From Chiloscyllium plagiosum (Eukaryota): DNA of 64,000 nt. Position 1 is the stretch's first letter. Each line of letters begins with the position of its first letter. Positions 40,747 to 52,922 of the stretch are shown piece after piece. The position numbers and the translations under genes are program-made. The notes under the pieces were generated by a model that saw only the letters and a list, made by a program, of their open reading frames with translations, was not told the DNA's origin and searched no databases. Where the stretch lies: assembly GCF_004010195.1 (NCBI RefSeq), contig NC_057750.1, positions 14,239,221 through 14,303,220 on the forward strand, in the 5' to 3' direction.

Positions 40747-41339
40747 GTGAGTGCTTTTACATGGCTCATCTGTTGTGTTTTTGTACTATTTTATCCACTT
40801 TATGTTTTAAGACTAGGTAGAAATATTCTTTTTCCTGCCATCTCAATGTATTTTTCCTGCTGTAACTTTCGAAAGACTTAAATGCATTTGAGTACAAAAT
40901 CTTCAGCTTCCTGTTTGGAAGATATTTATAAGATACCATTGCTTTGAAATTCATGTTATCTAATTGTTTAAATATTCTGATTTTAATCACAGATTCTAAT
41001 TTTAAAAAGCACTGCTTGCTGGAATAAATTGGAGGTTTTTTTTTCAAATGCTGTCATATTGTGTTTCAGTCCAGATCCATGTCATCGTTTGAATCCTGCC
41101 CATTTTTAATTGGGCTATATATATTTACAATTTGCCTATCAAGTTAATGTACTTGTTTTTATGTTACAAACTGTACCCCATGAAGTTTAGGAAAGTGTAC
41201 ACTACCTCTCTTTTAACTGCAGTACCCTTGATCAAATAAATGGAGCTGCAGGACAGAATCTTAAAATTCAGTCCAATAATCATGAATAAAATGATTCTTG
41301 CCCTCCTCCAAAAAAAACTTTTCTAATGCCATTTGCAAT

Positions 41340-41675
41340 AGCTGTTGAACCAAAGATTAGGGATTGAAGCCCCACTTTAGAGGTGGGAGCACAAAATGTG
41401 AGCTGATGCTTCAGTGCACTTAAGGTGCAGTCTTTTCGATGGGCATTGAAATTGAGACTACCACACCACCACTCCCCCCACCCACCCACCCCAGATGGAT
41501 ATAATGAATCCCACGATGTTATGTCAAAAAAAAAGTGGAGTTCAATATTTATCCCTCAACCTATGTTACTACATGGTTATCACATTGTAGCATCTTGTGC
41601 AAAGTGGCACTCATGTACCTTAGATTGCAATGATAACATTTTAATACTGCCTCAATGGCTGTAAAGTGTTTTGAG
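41340..41675 (+). mobile_element. Degenerate Deu-type SINE running into the assembly gap
   Basis: Resembles the reverse complement of 1225-1445 and the tail at 33265-33375. Confidence 0.5.
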
Positions 41676-42175
41676 NNNNNNNNNNNNNNNNNNNNNNNNN
41701 NNNNNNNNNNNNNNNNNNNNNNNNNNNNNNNNNNNNNNNNNNNNNNNNNNNNNNNNNNNNNNNNNNNNNNNNNNNNNNNNNNNNNNNNNNNNNNNNNNNN
41801 NNNNNNNNNNNNNNNNNNNNNNNNNNNNNNNNNNNNNNNNNNNNNNNNNNNNNNNNNNNNNNNNNNNNNNNNNNNNNNNNNNNNNNNNNNNNNNNNNNNN
41901 NNNNNNNNNNNNNNNNNNNNNNNNNNNNNNNNNNNNNNNNNNNNNNNNNNNNNNNNNNNNNNNNNNNNNNNNNNNNNNNNNNNNNNNNNNNNNNNNNNNN
42001 NNNNNNNNNNNNNNNNNNNNNNNNNNNNNNNNNNNNNNNNNNNNNNNNNNNNNNNNNNNNNNNNNNNNNNNNNNNNNNNNNNNNNNNNNNNNNNNNNNNN
42101 NNNNNNNNNNNNNNNNNNNNNNNNNNNNNNNNNNNNNNNNNNNNNNNNNNNNNNNNNNNNNNNNNNNNNNNNNNN
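41676..42175. other. Assembly gap (exactly 500 N, likely a placeholder size)
   Basis: Run of N. Confidence 1.
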
Positions 42176-44108
42176 GTTTTTCAAATGCTATCGCTGTCAT
42201 CATTTCTCCAACTTTAGAATTTGCTTGCACTGGTTTGAAAAACTTAATTCTTGAAGCTGCTTACTTTAACTTCAAAATAGTCACACTTTGACAATAATAT
42301 GTAGATCCCTTGAAATACTGTAGTGATATTTTATAAATTGTATCGTATTATTTAAAATTTGAATATTGTTGAAAGCACTAAGAACTGGAGACATGATGTC
42401 TGCAATTATGCCAATAGAAGATACAAGTTATATTGCATCACAAGATTTACATTTTTCAAAGCAAATAAAATTTATTGTATTTCAAAATAATTTAGTAATG
42501 AAAGCACTATTAGCTAAACCACAGTGAAGGAAAGCTTTGAAATTGAAAGATTGTTAATTTTTATTTCTACCTGTCAACAGATTGTGTGTCATATTTCTAT
42601 GGGGATCGGTGAAGCTTAGTGAGATTGTTGGTTTTGAGTTATTGTGAATTCAGTTACAGCAGATCCAGCAGGCAAGGCTGGTTTGGGAAAAGCAGCTAAG
42701 AGACTGTGTCAGCTTTGTGTCTTATATGCCTTGGAGCACCTTGGAAGTCATGAGATAGAAACCAGATCTACATCTGAAACGGAATAAATGTTAGATCTGT
42801 GCTCTATGATGGATTTGAAAGTGAGACTCGTGTTTAGTATGAGACAAAAAGTTTTAAAATGTGGAAGAATGACTGGAAAGTTGGTTTAGCTGGAAGCTAT
42901 GAGAAGAAATCTACAGTAATCCTCTCAATAAAAGGCAGTTCATCTTGTAGTTGGAATTCTCAGCTTAATTAACTTGGTTGCAGTTTGGAAACATAACTGT
43001 GGGAAACCACAGTATTTTGTGATGTTTGTTGCAGGAGTCACAGGGAAGCCCATTTTGGTGCTGTGGAATTGAGTCATAAGGCTGGTAAAGAAATTGGAGC
43101 ACTGTTTAGCCAAAAGCTAAGTGGAAGGAATCCCATGTGATTTTGTAACTGGGCAAATAGCTGGAACATCGAAGAGAAATCAGAGCGAATTCCAGACAGT
43201 TGTAATATACTTCTTGAGCTGGTCGCAGGAAAAACAAATTAACCTCAGAGTAAGTTATGGATACTTTTTGGGTGTAGGGGAAGAGCTAAAATTAGAATTA
43301 AGTTTATAAGCTATGATGTTTAGCCAATAGTGCTTATATTATTAAATTCTTTTGATATACAATAAATTGTATTTGCTTTGAAAAATGTAAACCTTGTGAT
43401 GCAGTTCTAGCATTTAATTGTTTGTGGTTCTGTTCGCCGGATCCACTAGAATTGTAACATAGCTTTGTAAAAAAAAAGGGTTATATCTATTTTCCTTCAC
43501 ACTCTGGGCCAGGTTTTCCAGTGAATGGAATTACCACCCTAGCCCTTCGTTTTTATGAAAGAAGGGAACTCCACATTGTTAAATACCGGACTTTGGTTGT
43601 TGAGGGTTGGGGGGTAGGGAGGCACTCTGGAGAGAACTTCATTTTCATCCTTGGGATGTAGATTATGACTGTGATGCTGTTGAATGTCAAGGATTGATAG
43701 CTAGACTTTTTTTTTGTTGGATATAATCATTCCTGGCATCTGTGTGGTATGGATGTCTTTGCCATTGGTAAACAAAAAGCCCTGGAAGCTAGGGATAGAA
43801 TGGTCTGCAGTTGCTATTCAAATGCTTCCTTATTTTGTATGTTGTTATATCTGCTTGAGTTCAGAGAAATTGATTAACCATATATCTGTAGCTCCTCATT
43901 ATTGATTTAAAGCTAGTGATTCTGAGAAGTTAGCAAAACTAAATAATATTTCCCCAATTAATGATTTGACATCACTATGCTTATATTTTCTATGAAATAA
44001 TTAAATTCCATGTCAACTTCTTGTAGTTATATTGAGGAAATGTGGTTTCAACTGTCATCAAAATAAGGCTTAATTTCAGTAAGCGTTCCTTTTCTCCTTT
44101 TTATCTAG

Positions 44109-44213
44109 ATTGTCCTACCGCCTCACCTGGAGAGGATACGAGAGAAATTAGCTGAAAATATCCATGAACTTTGGTCTTTGACAAAGATTGAGTTGGGTTG
44201 GACATATGGAATA
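44109..44213 (+). CDS. ryr1: RyR exon (~ex21), RY repeat 1: [35 protein letters not shown]
   Basis: atctag|ATT...ATA|gtaaga; 105 nt; starts in phase 0. Confidence 0.95.
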
Positions 44214-44956
44214 GTAAGAAAAGTCTTGTTAATTATAATGTCTCAACTGTAAGAACTAATTATGTACTAAAAGTGTTAATGTCCAAGTAAGTATTCCTGG
44301 AAGTAAATTGCTAGAACAGTGTCTTTTCAGGGGAAACTGAAAATTATTGACTGACTTGTTGGCCAATAATTTTCTGGAAAAAGATGAGCCTTGAGCCCAG
44401 ACTGAGGTGACATGGCCTGATTTAAAAGTTTCTTACGCGACCGAATTTCTGTTACTTGTTGTAATCAATTAAGCCATCAGGATAAATAAGGGAGATGAAG
44501 AAAAATCCTTAAAATTTTGATCAGGTATGATGCTGTAATTGAAAAGCAGTTTTCAACAACTTCTTATCCGACTCTTTAAAGATGTTTACCGAATCCTGCC
44601 TCTGGAATTCAGGCAGAAAGGAATTGTAGCACCCTGCTGCATCATAAAATAGTTTAATAACAGCCCAAAAAAAGCATCATCACTACCCAAATTGTACTCA
44701 TGTATTTTGATTGGATTCTATTCATGATTATTTTAATAATATTATGAAATCATATTATACCCAATGTGAAGCAAGGGATTTTTATCTCCAGATGATTAAG
44801 CCTTTATTAACACTTAATTGTTTACATGTTTTTAATTTGGAAGCACATCAGAGTGTGTTCCTTTTTATTTCAAAACTTACTGCTACAGCAGATTTTTCCA
44901 TTCTCACAATGGAATGAACCATCCGACCACTCATTATTGTGTTTCTTTACCTGTAG

Positions 44957-45060
44957 ATTCGAGATGACAACAAGAAACTGCATCCTTGTTTGGTGGAGTT
45001 TAACAAACTGCCCGAGGCTGAGAGAAACTACAACTTACAAATGTCAGGTGAAACTCTGAA
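44957..45060 (+). CDS. ryr1: RyR exon (~ex22) [35 protein letters not shown]
   Basis: ctgtag|ATT...AA|gtaagt; 104 nt. Confidence 0.95.
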
Positions 45061-45157
45061 GTAAGTACCATCTAATTCTGCTTACCTGACATGATCTTGC
45101 TCCAGCTTATTAGATGTATGTTAAAAAAACTGATTTTCTTTAAACATCTCTCCTCAG

Positions 45158-45241
45158 AACCCTGTTAGCGCTGGGTTGCCATGTTGGAATGGCTGATGAA
45201 AAGGCAGAAGAAAATCTGAAGAAAATTAAATTGGCCAAATC
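45158..45241 (+). CDS. ryr1: RyR exon (~ex23) [28 protein letters not shown]
   Basis: cctcag|A...TC|gtaggt; 84 nt; follows a 97-nt intron. Confidence 0.95.
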
Positions 45242-46139
45242 GTAGGTTTTGTTTGTTTCGTAGACTGTTAAGTATTTATAAATTATGTATAGATGGTTTG
45301 CATTAAATGTGGTGAGCCAGAGAGTGACCTGATGTGTCCACATGAAGTAAGAAATATTTCCTTTGGTAGTCTGTGATGTATTACGGGATATTTGTACACA
45401 CTTTGTCTTTTGTTTAATTTATTCTTTCGTGGGATGTTGGCAGAGTGGTTTGCTTGGCAGTTTCCGAGGGTAAATAGGAGTCAACTACTTTATTATGGAC
45501 CTGGAATAACAGTCAGCCAGATTGAATAAAGACAGCTGCACTTTTTTCCTAAAAGCTGTTAATGAAACAGATGAGTTATTAAAACTTTCAGTGATCATGG
45601 TCATGTTACTGAAACTAGCTTTATATTCCAGACTTATTAAATCTACCCCCTCCCTGTGCAAACCTCTCCCCTTGATAGTTCTTTAACTCTCCTCTGTTCC
45701 CTGATTTAACCTTTTGTTGAGGGCCAATCCTCCCAGCAACCATTCTTGCGATAGGCTTAAGAGTCTAAAAGTAGTAATTTAACAGTGTGACTTCCACAAA
45801 TTTGGTTCCTCTTAAACATGTGCAGCCAATATGCCTGGAAAGTAACAAAAAATTGATTTGTTCTGACAGCTTTTTTGCTTTGTCCTCCAACTGATCTAAC
45901 TGGTTCGTAGTAAATGCCTCCATTCTCCGTGGGAGTGAAAAAAAAAGATTTTTGATCTGAAAACTGATACTAACATGTCCCTTAGAGCTGAGTATGAACA
46001 TGAAAATCTAATAGTTGGCTAGAATCTTTGTGTTTAAACGTCACAAGTTATCAATAAATTGGTTTTGCAAAGCTGTACTAATTAATGTGCTCTCATAATT
46101 GTACTAATCACATGGGAAAATCTCCAATGACATGATCTT

Positions 46140-47650
46140 ATTAGTCTGGCCACTGCAAGAGGAATGCTATGAGCACAGGAAACCTCTATGAAATGCTTTG
46201 GTCAGTATCACCAAGGCATTTGACCATGTGAGCAAAGATACTCTATTTAAGTGACTGGAGAAAATTGGTTGCCCCCTATAGCTACTCAATTTGGTGGCTT
46301 TTGATTACAACTCGCTGGGTAACGTACAATGTGATGGAACAATATTTTCAGCCACTTAAGATCCACAGTTTGGTCAAATAGGATTGTGATCTAACATCAA
46401 TTGTCTTTGGCATGTTCGTCTCTTTGCTGCTGTAGTAGATCTTCAATTCACCTACAGAGAGTGTCTACTTATTTATCAGAATTGACAGTAAACTGTTCAG
46501 CCTTGCTTGTCTGAGATCTAAAGGTACGCCATAACCTCATCAAGATCTATGCTGACAATACCACAATAGCATTTCATACCAAGGATCACCTTGGCAAATG
46601 GACAGTCTCTAAGATACCTGTAAAGCACTCAGTTTGCCCATTAGCATCAGAAAGACAAAACGCGGGGCCATCAACATTTTCAATGTGATTCTGGCAATGC
46701 TGATAGGTCTTATGTACGTAGGCTGTACAGTCACCAGCAATCTGTTACTAGATACTGAAGTCAATACACACATTGGAAAAGCAGCAGTTATTCTGTTTAG
46801 GCTGATTAATATTTTGCTAAACTGTAGCTACTTGCCTGAGAGTATGAAACTGTGAATCTACACCAAATCTGTGTCCTCAGTGCACATCTGGTACAGTGGT
46901 GGGACCTTTTAGATTAGATTACTTACAGTGTGGAAACAGGCCCTTCGGCCCAACAAGTCCACACCGCCCCGCCGAAGCGCAACCCACCCATACCCCTACA
47001 TTTACCCCTTACCTAACACTACGGACAATTTAGCATGGCCAATTCACCTGACCTGCACATCTTTGGACTGTGGGAGGAAACCGGAGCACCCGGAGGAAAC
47101 CCACGCAGACACGGGGAGAACGTGCAAACTCCACACAGTCAGTCGCCTGAGGCGGGAACTGAACCCGGGTCTCTGGCGCTGCGAGGCAGCAGTGCTAACC
47201 ACTGTGCCACCGTGCCGCCCACTATATGCCGACCTGTACAATATATGTTAGGAAGGCGAATAAACTAAACAGTTTTCACCTTTAGCTCTCTCTGATTATG
47301 TCCTCGGCATCTTTAGGGAGGACCAGATCAGTAACATTTTGGTCCAGGAACATTTTGCTTTCCTCAGATATACCCATTGCTAAAATAACAATGTCTGCAC
47401 TGGTTTGGCAACATTCACCTGATCTATAAAAGCTGTTTGCCAAAGAGCTTCTTTATAGTGGATCAGCCACAGGGTTATGACCACCTGACTGTCCAATCAT
47501 CTACTACAAAGACTCCTGAAAGTGAGACATGAAGATAGTGGACATTAACGTTGCCAGTGAAACTTGGAAACAGTCTCTGGTGGTAATGCGCTTTGAATGC
47601 TGACTATTTAGAAAGGAAGAAGGGAGCAAAATGAAAAGCTGAGTTGGCCG
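46140..47650 (+). mobile_element. Decayed RTE-clade LINE, interrupted by a SINE
   Basis: Remnants TKAFDHVS, LEKIGCP, YAD, VNTHIGKAA and HWFGNIH. Confidence 0.75.
46909..47220 (-). mobile_element. Full-length HE1/V-SINE-like element
   Basis: Complete head GGGCGGCACGGTGGCACAGTGG on the minus strand, CpG-rich, (AATCT)n tail. Confidence 0.9.
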
Positions 47651-48185
47651 GTAAGAAACTCCGTAAAATCAGAGGCCAGCAAATTGTGCATCTTCTCACC
47701 CACTTCCTCTGCAGGCTTCTGAGTCACATCAGGTGATGATTTATAAAGTTGACCAACACAGCACAAGGCATAGTCTTAAAAGATGGGAGGCTGTCACCTC
47801 TGTTTATTATTAACCCATCACTGTTTTAACTTTTCAGGCTCTTAGATTACATAGGCATGTTTAGTTGACATAAAATGATGTATCTCAGTTAGAATTTGAT
47901 CATGAAACTACTTTCAGGAAAGGAAATGTACTGTCTTTCCATCTCTAAACTGAATCTGCGTAAGTGATTTTAGCTAAGTGTTGAACTGTCAATTGCCACT
48001 TCCAATATATAGACATTCAGTACACTTCATTCGTTCATATTTCTGTTACTTTTATGCCGGTATAAATATATAGTGAATATAAGAGTCAGTACCTATAAAA
48101 ATCATAATGCACATAGGAAATGGGACTGTTTCCTCTTTGCATCAGTTAATTTTTTTAATTAAAGGCTCTTTTATTTTTCCAAAAG

Positions 48186-48345
48186 GTACCTGATGTCAAA
48201 TGGATACAAGCCTGCTCCACTTGACCTTGCCCATGTCAAACTGACTCCAGCTCAAAATACTCTGGTGGACAAATTGGCTGAAAATGGTCATAACGTCTGG
48301 GCAAGGGACCGCATCCGTCAAGGATGGACATACAGTATTTTGCAG
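48186..48345 (+). CDS. ryr1: RyR exon (5' half of human ex24) [14 protein letters not shown]...[20 protein letters not shown]
   Basis: caaaag|G TAC...CAG|gtaaaa; 160 nt. Confidence 0.95.
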
Positions 48346-48728
48346 GTAAAAGGCAGTAAAAGGATCTAGAAATGTATTTCACATCTTAAGAGTGCATGGG
48401 TAATTGAATGATTACATTTCAAAATATTTAGATATTCTTTCACCCTATTTCTTTGAACCTCAAATATGTTATGCAGACCTTTCCTCATTTTTTTATTGGA
48501 GGCAAACATTTGTTGATGTATTAAATCGGTACATTTGTCTTGTGTTATTGGGAGGAATTCAGCATTGCCACAAATTGTTTTTGTCTTTTATTCTGTATTG
48601 ATTCACTTGATAATGATTTGAACTGAGCAAGTATTCAAGAAAATGCCAATGAGTTGTCTTCTGATACTCAATGGAATAGATCATTGCAAAGACTTGTTAA
48701 GCAGCAACATCAAATAGAGATAAGTAAA

Positions 48729-48916
48729 GTAGGAGAAAGTGAGAACGGAGGATGCTGGAGATCAGATCAAAAAGTGTAGTGCTGGAAAAGTGCAGCCGGT
48801 CAGGCAGTATCCGAGGAGCAGAGTCGATGTTTCGATCATAAGCTTTTCATCAGCAATGTGATGAAGAGACTCTCCTGCCTGACCGGCTATGCTTTTCCAG
48901 CACCACACTTTTTGAC
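48729..48916. mobile_element. Fold-back family-A PLE terminus; degenerate hammerhead on the minus strand
   Basis: Inverted arms AAAAAGTGTAGTGCTGGAAAAG and CTTTTCCAGCACCACACTTTTT. Imperfect TSD TAGAGATAAGTAAA/TAGTGACAAGTAAA. Confidence 0.75.
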
Positions 48917-49249
48917 TAGTGACAAGTAAACACCACTATGAAGAGTTTGAATAACCTTACGTAAGAAGAAGCGTTATCAGTCTACTTAATCCTGATGATT
49001 CTCCTGTGTCCATTGTAGGGAATTCTGAGTCAAAAAAGTTGGTGAACCCGTGTTGAAACATAATTCTAAAACTTTCAAACATAACCTTATCCTGTCTTGA
49101 TCCCGTTGAGTTCTGGCTTTAACAGATTCAGTCTCCTCTCGGGAGACAAACCATTTCAAAGGCAACTGCATACCTCCGTTTAAACAAAGGTTTTGTTTCG
49201 ACCACTGTGGATCAAGTATTCCTGGACTCAGAGAAGCCTGACTTAATTA

Positions 49250-49385
49250 TGATCCTGCTCCACAGTTACCTGATGAAAGAGCAGCGCTCCGAAAGCTAGT
49301 GCTTCCAAATAAACCTGACTATAACCTAGTGTTGTGTGATTTTCAACTTTGTCCACCCCAGTCCAACACCAGCACTTCCACATCA
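49250..49385 (+). mobile_element. 136-bp insert with a hammerhead motif (family B)
   Basis: 11-bp TSD TGACTTAATTA (49239-49249 and 49386-49396). Motif: TAC-CTGATGA-AA-GAGC-AGC-GCTC-C-GAAA-GC-TA-GTG. Confidence 0.8.
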
Positions 49386-49572
49386 TGACTTAATTACTGA
49401 GAGGGTAGCAATCTTTTACTGACACTCGTTTCTAATTTGGTGTTAAGGCATGAAATAATACAATTCTGAGAGATCTGTAGTATTCAGCAATGACACTTGT
49501 GTTGAAAATGAAATTTAGATCCAATAACTTTCCCATTTTCAGCAAAATGATTTTACTTCTTTTGGCTTACAG

Positions 49573-49720
49573 GATATTGGTAATAAGAGAAATCCTCGCC
49601 TTGTACCATACAACCTCCTGGATGAACGTACTAAGAAAACAAACAGAGACAGTTTGAATGAGGCTGTCCGCACCCTGATTGGTTATGGCTACAATATCGA
49701 GCCACCAGATCAAGAAGCCA
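49573..49720 (+). CDS. ryr1: RyR exon (3' half of human ex24) [18 protein letters not shown]...[11 protein letters not shown]
   Basis: ttacag|GAT...GCCA|gtatgt; 148 nt. Confidence 0.95.
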
Positions 49721-50715
49721 GTATGTAAACTTAAAACCTGAATCACCCAGTTTGATAATCATCTACTATGAATAATGGACTGGTCAAGGCTGTAGTGACT
49801 ATTGGAAAATTTAGTAATACCTTGTCCAACGTAAATTAGCAGTACTTGAATAACTGTCCAAGTTTTGTTTAGTTTACTTGTTCTCACAAAAGGATGTACT
49901 TGACTCATTCAAATAATTTTAGATGTAAACTTCTGTGTAAATTAACTGTGGAAATCTGTTTTCAACATTATTGGTCAGCGGCTGGAAAACCCTTTTTGTT
50001 CAAAGGCAAGTTAGTGCACAGCACAGGTGGGGTAATATGAAAATTAATTTCGTTTGGTGCTGCCAAAACTGTCAGTTAGTTACAGAAAAGATGGCAAATA
50101 GAAAATGTGTTGATAATCTCCTTTTGGTGAAATTGAAGAAAAATTGTGAATGTGCTTGTTTACAAATTCCTGTGGAATTAAAATACACGAGCTGTTCATT
50201 ATCAAGGCCTGTTTTACAGTTACCGTTAATCAGATTCTGATTTTGCAAAATTTTCAGATATTTATTGGTGTTTTGAGATCACATTGTGCAATTCTGTTTC
50301 TGAGAGTTCCAGATAAACAGCCTTAATCTCTGCAAATTACACGATTATTCATTTTCTATCTATTACACTTCTATAGTAAGTGGAAATTTCTTCAAATATT
50401 ATAGCTTATCTTTTAACCTAACCCACATATAGCCATTATGTTAAATGCTTCTGCTAAGGTATGGAAGTTTCAAACGTCCTCATTCACACACCCCTAATTC
50501 ACCTTCCTTTGCCTTGCAGGGAAGTAGAGAAAAGCACTTTGTGCATGTAGCAAATTTTGGGAATGTTGGATTAATCACAGGAACATTGTAAATATTACTG
50601 ACTGTATATATAGTAGGGTATAAAAAATTAACACTTCTTATCTTTATTATGTTAAAGTGCTGCTGCATTTAAAAAAAGATATTTTAATTGTCCTGGTTGT
50701 GATTTGTTCTGCTAG

Positions 50716-50921
50716 CTGCCCATGTCCCAGGTATAACTCGGAATGAAAAGGTTCGGCTGTTCCGTGCTGAGAAGTCATATGCAGTGAAGAGTGGCAAATG
50801 GTACTTTGAATTTGAAGCTGTGACCATAGGAGAAATGAGAGTAGGATGGGCACGACCCGAATGTAGACCTGACCTACCATTAGGAGCTGATGATCTTGCT
50901 TTTGTTTTTAATGGATTTAAG
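50716..50921 (+). CDS. ryr1: RyR exon (~ex25), SPRY2: [21 protein letters not shown]...FVFNGFK
   Basis: tgctag|CT...AAG|gtttgt; 206 nt; an alternative in-frame acceptor ends at 50730. Confidence 0.88.
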
Positions 50922-51600
50922 GTTTGTTCTACTTTCTTTTTCCAGTTCTCTTGAAACTAGCTACTCACTCTCTATGGTGTAGTTACATGACAGTGAAAGC
51001 CCTCTCTCATCTTGCTCTTCCTGTGAGATGATCGATATAAAGTAAAAAGTTTTCGAACATTTTAGCCAAACTTGATGATAGATCTCATTGGTATACTTTG
51101 TGTAGAAATGATCAATGGACAGTGAGCAAGTGCAAGCTCTGGTGGATTTCATACTTTGCTAAGCCATCCAGCTTGACCTAAAACTTTATCTTTCAAGTAG
51201 TAGTGCACAAAACAAAGTAACATGTAGCAAAGGCTGCCATTGATTATTGTAAGAATTTTAAAATAAATATTTGTTAAGGATAGGGATAGTTACTCTAAAC
51301 ATTAGTTTTATAATTTCCTTTTGTATATGTGCATTATCATTGATAGCTAGAAGCTTTAGCAGGTAGCCATTACTTTTAATACTCTCAAGGACGGCATTGT
51401 GCCGGGGCAATGAAAAATATTCAGCAAATCTCTGCTTGCCATAAACCATGAAGTTTAATTTTGTCATTTTCAGTTCATATTTAATCTGTTAGTAGTTTGT
51501 GAAAATTGCATCAAAATAAACTTCATGCTGGCCACAAGCTCCAGTCATCATCTGTGGTGTTAACTTTCCTTTTGCTCTTTGTGAATGTTTTAAACTGCAG

Positions 51601-51775
51601 GGTCAGCGCTGGCATATAGGGAGTGAACCATTTGGTCGTACGTGGCAGTCAGGTGATGTGGTTGGTTGCATGATTGACCTACATGAAATGAACATCATGT
51701 TCACACTTAATGGAGAGATGCTTATCAGAGACTCTGGGTCTGAGTTGGCTTTCAAAGACATCGAAATAGGCGATG
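51601..51775 (+). CDS. ryr1: RyR exon (~ex26), SPRY2: [27 protein letters not shown]...DIEIGD
   Basis: ctgcag|GGT...GATG|gtgagt; 175 nt. Confidence 0.95.
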
Positions 51776-52235
51776 GTGAGTTCTTGCCTGGGAACGGGAA
51801 AGATGCCAAGAAGGATTTACTCTAGAGATGATGAATGGCTTGGCTCTGGGTTCCCCCAACTGTGTGAATCTAGTTTCAGTTGGATGATGTAAGAAGTTAT
51901 AATGGAATGTACAAAGATTTAACAACTTTCTGTAACAGATTGTATCTCATCGATCTGCATTGTTAGGCATACATGCGTTTTGTAGAAGGGTTAACAATAT
52001 TTTTTGGGGGCTGCTGTTGAAATTTTTTTTGATGGCTACCTTTTGACTTTCAAGATTTTATTTGGTTTTCTTGTCACATTCTCATTAATTTACAAGCATA
52101 GGAACTGGAGAGGCCCTTCATTTCTGCTCTACCATTCAATAATTTATGGTCTCAGCTTCACTTAACTGACTACAGTTGATGAGGCCCTTAAGTGGTCATT
52201 AATTGACTATTTAAGGGCCTTAATGGACCCTTAGT

Positions 52236-52535
52236 GGACGGCACGGTGGCACAGTGGTTAGCACTGCTGCCTCACAGCGCCAGAGACACGGGTTCAATTC
52301 CCGCCTGAGCCGACTGTCTGTGTGGAGTTTGCACATTCTCCCTGTGTCTGCGTGGGTTTCCTCCGGGTGCTCCGGTTTCCTCCCACAATCCAAAAAAAAT
52401 GTGCAGATTAGGTGAATTGGCCATGCTAAATTGCACGTAGTTTAGTTGTAGGGGAATGGGTCTGGGTGGGTTGCGTGTGGACTTGTTGGGCCAAAGGGCC
52501 TGTTTCCACACTGTAAGTAATCTAATCTAATCTAA
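52236..52535 (+). mobile_element. Full-length HE1/V-SINE-like element
   Basis: A and B boxes, V-domain-like body, (AATCT)n tail. Confidence 0.9.
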
Positions 52536-52713
52536 TAGATGACATGTCAAGAAGTTTGACCATGACCTCCCATACAGGACTTAATTTCTGAGGCAACAGG
52601 GAAATAGATATCTCCCTGGTGCCAACCTGAGTATTTTGTCTTCGGTTTCATTTCCATGTTGTGTTTGATTTCCATGGTTCGGTTTCATTTCCATGTTCCA
52701 TATGCCTTTTCAG

Positions 52714-52922
52714 GATTTGTTCCAGTGTGCAGCCTGGGCCTTTCTCAGGTCGGACGCATTAACCTGGGCCAAGACGTTAGCAGCCTGAGATATTTCACCA
52801 TATGCGGTTTGCAAGAAGGCTTTGAACCCTTTGCTGTAAATATGAAACGGCCCATCACAATGTGGTTCAGCAAAAGTTTGCCTCAGTTTGTTCCAGTTCC
52901 CACTGATCACAGTCATGTTGAG
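52714..52922 (+). CDS. ryr1: RyR exon (~ex27) GFVPVCSLG...[14 protein letters not shown]...DHSHVE
   Basis: tttcag|GA...GAG|gtaagg; 209 nt. Confidence 0.95.

Noticed and set aside
42581..42650. CAG acceptor-like site as a candidate for the missing exon
   Set aside because: The translation has no RyR similarity and hits a stop in the required frame.
52236..52310. tRNA-like sequence with A and B boxes
   Set aside because: SINE head that continues into a multi-copy SINE body; not a tRNA gene.
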